A DNA stretch of 16,260 nucleotides, from positions 2,283,950 to 2,300,209 of the forward strand of contig CP070761.1 in NCBI GenBank assembly GCA_020348985.1, given 5' to 3'. This DNA is from Candidatus Thorarchaeota archaeon (GTDB lineage: Archaea; Asgardarchaeota; Thorarchaeia; Thorarchaeales; Thorarchaeaceae). The notes under the pieces were generated by a model, which had not been told where the DNA came from, ran no database searches, and saw nothing but the letters and a program-made list of their open reading frames with translations. The position numbers and the translations under genes were made by a program. Shown here one piece after another: positions 8,021 to 15,407 of the stretch (position 1 is its first letter; each line of letters begins with the position of its first letter).

Positions 8021-9280
8021 TCACCTGAAGTCCTTGATTATGACCTGTGTTTCTATCTCCTCTATGCCAGGAATCTGTTGAATCCTTTTCAAGACCAAGT
8101 TTCTTGTTTTCGCTAAGCTTCTGCTCTTTATGCTGAGTATGTAGTCATGCTTTCCTGCAATCGCCGCCGCAGTTTCAACTCCCTTGACATCAAAGAGGTC
8201 TGGCAGCAAATCTCCAGTGTGTGGCTTCACTTTAATGAAGACAAACGATCTAACGTCCGCAGCCTGTAGCGCCACTATGCCGATCAGCACCAGCAGAATC
8301 CCGAGAACTCTTAGAATCCAAATGAAGGTGTCTCCGGAAACTTGACCAAACGCTCCAGGGACAATCCAGTTCCCAATCAGTGTTAAAGGAATTCCGACGA
8401 GAACAGATACAGCAGAAAGTGAGTTGACAATCGACATGGATCCTTTACCCAACGCGCGGACATACAAGACCATCGAAACGAAGATTGTCAATGATGATCC
8501 AGCCATCAGCCAAAAGAGTGGAGCGAAGTATTCGGACATGACGTTCCAAGTAGCCAGTCCCATGAATGGGAGCATCGTCACTGACATTGACAGATTGAGG
8601 AAAAACAAGGACCATAGTCGCATGTTAAGGGCATCGACTCTTAGGCCTTTCCGAATCTCGTATCTCTTTGTCTTCCTTTGGAAGTAGGTGAACAAAGCCG
8701 AAGAGACATTCATTGGTCCCAATACAATTGCCAGAGCGAGAATGTCGAAACCTCCAGGTGTCACGCCTACAAGTAGAACACCAAAGAGAATGGAGACGAT
8801 ACACTGTACTTCAACAATCGTCGGTGTATCCTTTTCTGCCACTAGGTCTCCTAGTAGCAGGTAGATTATGACTAGCTGGCCATAAGGCAAGACCGTAGTT
8901 ATGTTGGTTTGCTCTACTAGAAAGTAATAGAAGAATGTCGAAATGCCCGCGACGAGTCCTCCACAGACCAAGTAAAGCATCGGTCTACGTGGGAGCAATC
9001 TCATCCTCTCGAAGTCTGGATCAAGGTGATAGCCCAGCTTTCGAGTCCTACCGTCGCTTGATATTCTAATGCTAAGAGTGATCAAGAGAATGAATGATAT
9101 ACCAAAGCTAACCCACTGAGCCATGAACCCATATGTGATTGGATCGATGTCGGTCAAGTTGAGGGCCACTACGTCGAATGCCACTGAAAAGGAGCGCGCG
9201 ATTCCAGAGCCGATTGCAAGTATGTAGAACAAGACCGCAGCGGATAGCTTGCCTACTGGCCTCTGATTCCTGCTACTCAT
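8021..9280 (-). CDS. EamA/DMT-superfamily transporter fused to a C-terminal Lrp/AsnC (RAM) domain
   Basis: About 10 hydrophobic segments in two repeats with DMT motifs (LYVRALGKGSMSIVNSL; LGILLVLIGIVAL). Residues 342-419 (nt 8257-8021) are RAM-like: SFVFIKV...IAGKHDYIL...IQQIPGIEEIETQVI. RBS AGGTGA at 9295-9290. Confidence 0.85.
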   Translation of the reverse strand: MSSRNQRPVGKLSAAVLFYILAIGSGIARSFSVAFDVVALNLTDIDPITYGFMAQWVSFGISFILLITLSIRISSDGRTRKLGYHLDPDFERMRLLPRRPMLYLVCGGLVAGISTFFYYFLVEQTNITTVLPYGQLVIIYLLLGDLVAEKDTPTIVEVQCIVSILFGVLLVGVTPGGFDILALAIVLGPMNVSSALFTYFQRKTKRYEIRKGLRVDALNMRLWSLFFLNLSMSVTMLPFMGLATWNVMSEYFAPLFWLMAGSSLTIFVSMVLYVRALGKGSMSIVNSLSAVSVLVGIPLTLIGNWIVPGAFGQVSGDTFIWILRVLGILLVLIGIVALQAADVRSFVFIKVKPHTGDLLPDLFDVKGVETAAAIAGKHDYILSIKSRSLAKTRNLVLKRIQQIPGIEEIETQVIIKDFR

Positions 9281-9374
9281 GATGACATCTCACCTTTGAC
9301 CAACAAGTAGTTCTAATGACTGAGCAAATCTCCAGTCACTTATCTTGCTTTGTGTTCCCTTCATGCTCGGAATC

Positions 9375-10310
9375 TTAGGACTCTGAATTGTCCTGCGGCT
9401 TCTTTCTGTCGTCTGCAACTTCTCTCTGAGCTAGGATGAATTCGTCGAATGTCAGCCGCTTCCCTGATTGAAGCTTTTCAACTGCTGCATCTACTCTTTC
9501 TTGCTCATCAGCACGCTGTTTGGCTCTCTTCTCAGTTCTAATAGACTCTCGAGATTCGGACTCATACTTTCGTACTTTGCCATAGATGTCGTCAATATCT
9601 GTGCGTAGCGCTTTGAGCTTGGTCTCTCCTTCTTTGACCTTCTTCAGCCATTCAACGAAGTTCTTGTGAGCCGTATCCGCCTGCCGCTTGAACTCCTCAA
9701 GTTGTGGCCGAATCCGTACTACCTCCTGATGATGAACCTGGGACTGCTCAGACAACTCGAGCACCTTGTGATGAATCTCCCCGGCTTCCTCCTTCAGCCT
9801 TCGCGCCATTCTTCTGAGCTCACTTATCCGATCCTGCTTCTCTTTTTCCATTCCGATTTTGACCAGCTTGGCTTCAATCTTGGCTACTTCTTCAACCAGA
9901 GATCTCTCCTCGTCCATCGTCAGCTTCTCTGTCTGCTGACGCCACTCAAGCTCCTCCACGCGCCTCATCATTCTTCGCTGATCTGTTGAGGGACTTCCTA
10001 CAATCTTTCCCCTAAGCTCACGGATCTCCTCATAGACGCTCTTGAGCTGGGCATGAATGGCACCACGCCTGTTCTTTGCCTCGCGAATTTCGGTGTTTAT
10101 CTTGTCTCTCGCCACACGCTCAGCCTTCACCGATTCAATGAGGCCCCTAACCTCCTTATTGTGCTCATCGCGAATGGTCTTGTACTCACGCATCTTGTCT
10201 CTATCCCTGCGAAGGACTTCAAGCTCATCTCTCGCTTGGACCTTCAATTCACGCAATCGTGACCTTAGAAACTCGATGTTCTCTGGCGTTGCTTCTACTG
10301 CTTCTGTCAA
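9375..10310 (-). CDS. Archaeal coiled-coil protein (COG1340-like), TTG start
   Basis: E/K/R-rich heptads along the full length, with family-like motifs RDEHNKEV, RDKIN, LEWRQQTEKLTMDEERSLVEEV, ADTAHKNF and EKLQSGKRLTFDEF. Confidence 0.85.
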   Translation of the reverse strand: MTEAVEATPENIEFLRSRLRELKVQARDELEVLRRDRDKMREYKTIRDEHNKEVRGLIESVKAERVARDKINTEIREAKNRRGAIHAQLKSVYEEIRELRGKIVGSPSTDQRRMMRRVEELEWRQQTEKLTMDEERSLVEEVAKIEAKLVKIGMEKEKQDRISELRRMARRLKEEAGEIHHKVLELSEQSQVHHQEVVRIRPQLEEFKRQADTAHKNFVEWLKKVKEGETKLKALRTDIDDIYGKVRKYESESRESIRTEKRAKQRADEQERVDAAVEKLQSGKRLTFDEFILAQREVADDRKKPQDNSES

Positions 10311-10446
10311 AACCTTTGAACCTCAGAACTGGTTTTGCGAGCCCCGCATAGCAGGACGGATTTCTTCACCCAATCCAATAGGTGTAACAGTGCCGCCTTG
10401 AAAGCTTCTTTTAAGTGTATTCATGTCACCGGAGGATTTCTTCGAG

Positions 10447-11346
10447 CTAGCCTGAGTATAGCGCTTCAGCTATTCTGATGGCAATGTCAAATTCTGTCAC
10501 TTCTTGTATTCCAAACCATCCTGGAGTCGCATTGACTTCCAATAGCCACAGTTCTCCATTCTTATCGGGAATCACGTCAACGCCCACAATCCTTCCCTTG
10601 ACAGAATTGGCAGCTCTGACTGCCAGATCATCAACGTCGATGTCATTCGGTCTTGGTTTACCCCCCGAGTGTACGTTGGTTACAATCCCCTTAGTAGCAA
10701 CGCGTTGCATTGATGCTTCAACCTTTCCATCAATAACAAGCGCCCGAATGTCAAAGCCTGGTCCTTCTATAAACTCCTGAAGTAGGAACGCTCCCTTGCC
10801 GAACATCTGACTGTGGAATTTGAGGTAATCATAGATGTTCTCCAGATCGAAGTCAGTCGAAATAAGTTGCACACCTAGCCCTCCGAAGCCAGTTATAGGT
10901 TTCAAGACACAAGGCCAATGATTTCGGATGAAATCTGCAGCAACCTCTATCGACTCTGTAATCAAAGTTTCAGGAACTGGAAGACCAGCTCCAATCAGCT
11001 TTCGCATTGTTTCAGCTTTGTTTCTCATAACAAGGATGGAGGAAACGGAATTCACGATGTCTACTCCCTTCTCAGCGAGAGCTGACAGAAGCCCTACACG
11101 GCTAAAGAAGGACCCAATATCGTGCCCTCCCAACTCTAGAACGTAGACCCGGTCTAGCCGACTGATATCGTGACCATTAAGAAGTATTGAATGATTCTCT
11201 TTCGATCCTCTCCTATGAACACGCCAAGGGATTATTCTCTGCACATCTACGTTGAGCTTCGAGAATGCAGCCTCAAGGCGCTCCACACGCCATGAATTGG
11301 GGTCTCCCGCAAACAGACCTACACTTGTTCCATTTTTCGGAGCCAA
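10447..11346 (-). CDS. RimK-family ATP-grasp alpha-L-glutamate ligase (MptN-like), TTG start
   Basis: GLPVPET, VLKPITGFGGLGV, LLQEFI, DIRALV, TNVHSGG, GVDVI and LEVNATPGW motifs. RBS GGTGA 6 nt before the TTG. Confidence 0.9.
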   Translation of the reverse strand: MAPKNGTSVGLFAGDPNSWRVERLEAAFSKLNVDVQRIIPWRVHRRGSKENHSILLNGHDISRLDRVYVLELGGHDIGSFFSRVGLLSALAEKGVDIVNSVSSILVMRNKAETMRKLIGAGLPVPETLITESIEVAADFIRNHWPCVLKPITGFGGLGVQLISTDFDLENIYDYLKFHSQMFGKGAFLLQEFIEGPGFDIRALVIDGKVEASMQRVATKGIVTNVHSGGKPRPNDIDVDDLAVRAANSVKGRIVGVDVIPDKNGELWLLEVNATPGWFGIQEVTEFDIAIRIAEALYSG

Positions 11347-11377
11347 TTTACGTCACCGCCACTCTGATGTCGATTCC

Positions 11378-11405
11378 CTTTATACATAGCGAGTCGCTTT
11401 TATCA
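11378..11405. promoter_or_regulatory. Divergent TATA-like boxes (TGTATAAA on - strand at 11385-11378; CTTTTATCA on + strand at 11397-11405)
   Basis: Each lies about 30-35 nt upstream of its start codon (11346 and 11435). The same CTTTTATCA occurs at 13771-13779 upstream of the wHTH gene. Confidence 0.5.
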
Positions 11406-11434
11406 GGAGTGACGTACTCTGATATCGACCAACA

Positions 11435-11821
11435 ATGTCCTTGTTTTCCGATGCCGAGCTAGGTCTAATCAAAGACAAGATACGTGATATCAAAGGAAAT
11501 CTGTTAATTACGTTCAGAAATCGATTTGGCCCCACCCGACTCAAGGAACTATGGCTGGGGCACCTCGAGGGTCTAGGCATAGTCGCTCCGTGTATCAGCT
11601 GGTGGTCTAGTTCCGGGACGGTCGGATTGCTGGAATGCGAATCTGACTCTGGGTTCACCGTCTACGGGCAATGGACACTCGACGACAAGAACGAGTTGAT
11701 TGGCGTCTTCGATGTTAGCAACGAAGAGATTGCAGGCATCAGAGAAGGTTTCGACGCAGGAAATGTGACTTCATCTGCCATGAGAGCATTGAGAATCGGC
11801 GAAACGGGAGATAAGGACTAG
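11435..11821 (+). CDS. Hypothetical 128-aa protein, possible longin/uDENN-like fold
   Basis: Fills the gap between rimK and glmS and has a TATA-like box. LLITFRNRFGP resembles the F-x4-GP hairpin of longin/uDENN domains. Confidence 0.7.
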   Translation: MSLFSDAELGLIKDKIRDIKGNLLITFRNRFGPTRLKELWLGHLEGLGIVAPCISWWSSSGTVGLLECESDSGFTVYGQWTLDDKNELIGVFDVSNEEIAGIREGFDAGNVTSSAMRALRIGETGDKD

Positions 11822-11822
11822 T

Positions 11823-13655
11823 CTAGTCCACTGTAAGTGTCTTCGATAGATTTCTTGGTAGGTCCGGATCTATGCAGAGATCGATAGAGAGAAAGTAACT
11901 AAGCAGTTGCAGTGGTATCACATCAAGAATCGGATTGATCAGAGGGTCAGACTTTGGTACTGCCAGATAGTCTGTTTCCGATTCAACATAAGGTCCAAGC
12001 TTGTCCTCTCTTTCGCCCACTATTATTGTCCGCCCCCCTCTGCAGCTGACCTCGTTGATGTGATTGATCATCATCCAGCTGTCTTCAGTCGTAGTGACAA
12101 AGATGACTGGATAGTTGTCAGTTACAATCGATAGAGGTCCATGCTTGAATTCGCTGGAGTACATGCCTTCGCAGTGGTTGTAGCAGATTTCCTTGATTTT
12201 CCAGGCCCCTTCTCTCGCAACACCGTCTGTGAATCCGTATCCCAAGCAGTAGAGGTCCTTAACGTCCGTCATTGTAGATGCTAAGTTCTTTGCCAGAATC
12301 CCAGTCCTATCGATTGTTTGCTGAGTGAGCTTAGGTAGATCGTTTTGTAGTGTCTCCAAGATTCGCCTCGATTCACCAGCGCTCAGAGTCCCGTTTCGCA
12401 ATCCCAGCATGGCAGAAAGATACGCGAATATGATTGTCTGGGCGAAGTATGTCTTTGTGGCAGGCACGCTCACTTCATACCCGCAGCCCATTGGAACATA
12501 GGAGTCTGAATTGAACATAAGCGTACTCCCAATGACGTTTAGAATGCCAAGAGTCTTGCCAAGATTGTCCCTTCGGACAAGGTTCAGAACATTGAGAACA
12601 TCCTTGGTCTCTCCGCTTTGCGACACGAGTATGCAAAGACTATCCTCGTCTAGAGATTTGCCGTACATTGGTTCGAACTGTCCGCCTATAGAAGGGATAA
12701 TTGGTGTTCCGGCAAGACGATTGAAGTAGTAGCTCCCAACGATGCCTGCGTTATATGAAGAACCACAAGCAACCAGATAGACTCGAGAGGCGTCTTCAAT
12801 CATGCTAAGCCATTCTTCGTTCCTCCCGCCTTCCAGGAGCCCCATCAAATCTTTGGCGACGTTTGGTTGCTCATAAATCTCTTTGAGCATGAAATGAGGA
12901 TAGCCTCCCTTCTCGGCCGCATTCAAATCTACACTTGACAGTTCGGGAACTCGGTCCAACTTCTTCCCATCTTCGATACGGTACACTTTCACTTCATCGG
13001 GTGTCAGATGCAACATCTCTCCATCTTGGAGATAGATGACACTGCGAGTTACAGGAAGGATTGACGGTAGGTCGCTCGAGACAATCGTCTCGCTTTCGCC
13101 AACTCCTGTCACAAGCGAAGAGCCCATCTTGACAGCGAAGATTTCCTGTGCATCTGCTCTCCCAATTGCATAGGCATAGGCACCTTTGAGGTCATCAACT
13201 GATTTCTGAATAGACTCAAGCATGTCGCCTGTCTGCTCGTAGTATTTGTCCACGGCGTGTACACAGAGTTCGCCGTCATTCTCCGACCTAACGATATGTC
13301 CTGTCTCTATAAGCTCACTTCTATATTCGTGGAAGTTGTGTATATTGCCGTTGTGGGCACCGTAGAAGACTTCTTCACAGCCGAAGTGAGGTTGAGCATT
13401 GACTCTCGTGGGTGCTCCATAGGTGGCCCAACGAAGCTGCGTAATCCCCCTGTCTCCCAGCATTTCTGAAAGGCCTAACCTATCGTTGACCTCATCGATT
13501 GTTCCAACATCCTTTCTGAGGTCCACTCGTCCATTGCGGACTGCCGCGACGCCAACTGAATCATATCCTCTGTAGGTAAGCTTACGTCCACACTCTACCA
13601 AGATTTTGCCAATGTCAGATCTACTCAGGCTCACAATCCCAGTAATCCCGCACAA
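11823..13655 (-). CDS. glmS: Glutamine--fructose-6-phosphate aminotransferase (isomerizing), divergent; TTG start
   Basis: N-terminal MCGI, YRGYDSVG, RWAT, HNG, HFMLKEIYEQP, ACGSSY, SQSGET, KIKEI, KHGP and PRNLSKTLTVD motifs; 610 aa. Confidence 0.93.
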   Translation of the reverse strand: MCGITGIVSLSRSDIGKILVECGRKLTYRGYDSVGVAAVRNGRVDLRKDVGTIDEVNDRLGLSEMLGDRGITQLRWATYGAPTRVNAQPHFGCEEVFYGAHNGNIHNFHEYRSELIETGHIVRSENDGELCVHAVDKYYEQTGDMLESIQKSVDDLKGAYAYAIGRADAQEIFAVKMGSSLVTGVGESETIVSSDLPSILPVTRSVIYLQDGEMLHLTPDEVKVYRIEDGKKLDRVPELSSVDLNAAEKGGYPHFMLKEIYEQPNVAKDLMGLLEGGRNEEWLSMIEDASRVYLVACGSSYNAGIVGSYYFNRLAGTPIIPSIGGQFEPMYGKSLDEDSLCILVSQSGETKDVLNVLNLVRRDNLGKTLGILNVIGSTLMFNSDSYVPMGCGYEVSVPATKTYFAQTIIFAYLSAMLGLRNGTLSAGESRRILETLQNDLPKLTQQTIDRTGILAKNLASTMTDVKDLYCLGYGFTDGVAREGAWKIKEICYNHCEGMYSSEFKHGPLSIVTDNYPVIFVTTTEDSWMMINHINEVSCRGGRTIIVGEREDKLGPYVESETDYLAVPKSDPLINPILDVIPLQLLSYFLSIDLCIDPDLPRNLSKTLTVD

Positions 13656-13743
13656 GGTGGTCCCTCTAATTCCTCAATATAACCGAGCTCACCTGGAAAC
13701 CTGTAATAAACTGTTCCTTCGTAGTGTGAATGTCCTAACACTT

Positions 13744-13758
13744 CAATTCCAGGAATTG
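13744..13758. promoter_or_regulatory. Palindromic operator candidate CAATTCC-A-GGAATTG
   Basis: Perfect 7-1-7 inverted repeat in the glmS/wHTH divergent intergenic region, ending 12 nt upstream of a TATA-like box. Confidence 0.45.
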
Positions 13759-13763
13759 GAATT

Positions 13764-13779
13764 CGAAGACCTTTTATCA
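13764..13779 (+). promoter_or_regulatory. BRE/TATA candidate (CGAAGAC-CTTTTATCA) for the wHTH gene
   Basis: Purine-rich element followed by TTTTAT about 50 nt upstream of ATG 13825. Confidence 0.45.
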
Positions 13780-13824
13780 AGCCCATCTCAATTCTAGGCT
13801 GGAGCGAGAGAAGAGGACAAGGTC

Positions 13825-14532
13825 ATGGGTAAACAGAAACGACTGGCATTGCTGCTTCACCCATTCAGACGTGAGCTTTACCAGGTTCTATGTCAGAACC
13901 CGGGAACATATCTTCTAGAGCTAGTGGACATGTTAGAGTCACCTCTGGGTACCCTAACTTGGCACCTTCGAATTCTCGAACGAGAAGGTCTCGTGAAATC
14001 TATCAAGTTCGCTGGGAAGAGGCTTTACTATCCGAGAATGTTGCGGTCGCAAGAAGCCGAGATGGCCTACTTGACAATGAGAAGTGAGACAGCACAGAAA
14101 ATCTTCCTCTATGTCCTGAACAATCAGGGCTGCTATCAAGAGCAGATGGCTGAGAATCTAGGAGTACATCATGACACTGTCCGATGGCACGTTTCTCGGA
14201 TGGAAGAAGTGGGTCTCCTTCGCGTTTTAAGGGAAGGGCGAATGAAACGCCACTATCTAGCCAACCTCGGTGAATCATTGTTGGCTGGAAGTCTGAATGT
14301 TGTAACCGAAGCCTATGTAATGTTCTTAATGGAGAAACTCGAGGATGGCTGCCTCAATCCCGAGATTAGGGAAAGGACCGATGAAGGGGTCACGATCAGA
14401 ATCGACTGCCCGGAGAAAGGACAGGATTGCTTCATAACAATCAGATTGAAGGAATGGGAATTCGGCAAGTTCGATGAAGAAATCTCGGAGCCAGATGTGA
14501 TTGCTAAAGAAGTGAAGGCTCAAGAAACCTAG
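13825..14532 (+). CDS. Tandem winged helix-turn-helix transcriptional regulator (ArsR-like, COG3398-type)
   Basis: Two repeats, RRELYQVLCQNPG...GTLTWHLRILEREGLV and AQKIFLYVLNNQG...DTVRWHVSRMEEVGLL, each followed by a wing (GKRLYY / GRMKRHY), plus a ~75-aa C-terminal extension. Confidence 0.88.
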   Translation: MGKQKRLALLLHPFRRELYQVLCQNPGTYLLELVDMLESPLGTLTWHLRILEREGLVKSIKFAGKRLYYPRMLRSQEAEMAYLTMRSETAQKIFLYVLNNQGCYQEQMAENLGVHHDTVRWHVSRMEEVGLLRVLREGRMKRHYLANLGESLLAGSLNVVTEAYVMFLMEKLEDGCLNPEIRERTDEGVTIRIDCPEKGQDCFITIRLKEWEFGKFDEEISEPDVIAKEVKAQET

Positions 14533-15245
14533 ATGCCTGCATCAAGAAAGTCCTTGATACGTTGGACCACTCTTGCTGATGCGTCTCCTCTTGCTATTAC
14601 GACAAGCAGTCGAGCGTCGTCAACCCTAGCAATAATGAGCCTGACCTCGTTTGTATTCATGACTAGCCAATCAGTGGTCTGTGAAAGTGTAAGTCCATTG
14701 GCAAACATTGAACCTGCAAGTGCGGCTGCTTCTATCTGATTTCTAAATCCTACTGATCCTACCGGCATCCCCTCTGATGTAATCAGCATGGCTTGGCTAA
14801 TCTCTGGTATTGCCTTGACAATCTTACCTAGAATTGTTTCCTCACGAAACTCCGGACTACTTCCCATCAGGAGCTCCACTCTAGTAGCCAATGACTGCAA
14901 TACGGGAAGATTGTCATCAATTACCTTTTCGAAGCCATAGTGCTTCTCGAAAACCACCACAAGCTGATAGTTGTCTTGAATCAGAGAAAGAATCAGGTGC
15001 TTGTCAGTTGAATGGTGATATTGCATAGGCCGCTCCGAACCCACTTGAGTAAGCATACTTGCGCCGGCCCACGTTATGGCGGCTGCGACCGTCGAGAGAA
15101 TGTGAGGACTGATCTCCTCTTTGCGCGCCACTGCAGCCACAACCACACCCTCCTTTGTCGATAAAACAACATGATTCACATATTCGTGAATGTCCAAGAC
15201 ATCCTGCAGGAGTCCTGTCACTTGTGTTAGTGTTTCACCGGCCAT
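14529..15245 (-). CDS. Tandem (double) Roadblock/LC7 (MglB/LAMTOR-like) domain protein
   Basis: Two domains with the helix-beta-(S/T)xEG-beta-helix pattern: VNHVVLSTKEGVVVA...ILSTVAAAI and ISQAMLITSEGMPVG...AAALAGSMF, each ending in an LVV strand plus helix. The track start is 15314; ATG 15245 is preferred because TATAAATA lies at 15299-15292. The stop overlaps the wHTH stop (CTAG). Confidence 0.8.
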   Translation of the reverse strand: MAGETLTQVTGLLQDVLDIHEYVNHVVLSTKEGVVVAAVARKEEISPHILSTVAAAITWAGASMLTQVGSERPMQYHHSTDKHLILSLIQDNYQLVVVFEKHYGFEKVIDDNLPVLQSLATRVELLMGSSPEFREETILGKIVKAIPEISQAMLITSEGMPVGSVGFRNQIEAAALAGSMFANGLTLSQTTDWLVMNTNEVRLIIARVDDARLLVVIARGDASARVVQRIKDFLDAGI

Positions 15246-15291
15246 AGGGGAATCCCACAATGGTTGTTGTGTTCTCAATGTGCGTTCCGCG

Positions 15292-15364
15292 TATTTATAG
15301 CTCATGTTCACCATCGGTTTAGGGATTGTTCAAGTGTCCTTTCTTCGAGCAACAGGTTTATATC
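15292..15364. promoter_or_regulatory. Divergent TATA boxes (TATAAATA on - strand at 15299-15292; TTTATATC on + strand at 15357-15364)
   Basis: Consensus-like archaeal TATA boxes about 45 nt upstream of the Roadblock (15245) and BMP (15408) starts. Confidence 0.5.
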
Positions 15365-15407
15365 AGCCTCACGGGGGAACGGTTGCATTCTCCATGGAGG
15401 AACCATT

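Noticed and set aside
9375-10310. SMC, ESCRT-III or intermediate-filament identity for the coiled-coil protein
   Set aside because: No Walker motifs or Snf7-like organisation; the motifs fit the archaeal COG1340 family.
11815-11829. Perfect palindrome GGACTAG-T-CTAGTCC at the junction of convergent genes
   Set aside because: Explained by both genes ending in ..G-GAC-TAG; a 1-nt loop cannot form the full hairpin. Probably coincidental.
6206-14739. Remaining short track ORFs overlapping the ABC, EamA, coiled-coil, rimK, 128-aa, glmS, wHTH and Roadblock genes
   Set aside because: Antisense or alternative-frame overlaps of better-supported genes, with no recognisable motifs.
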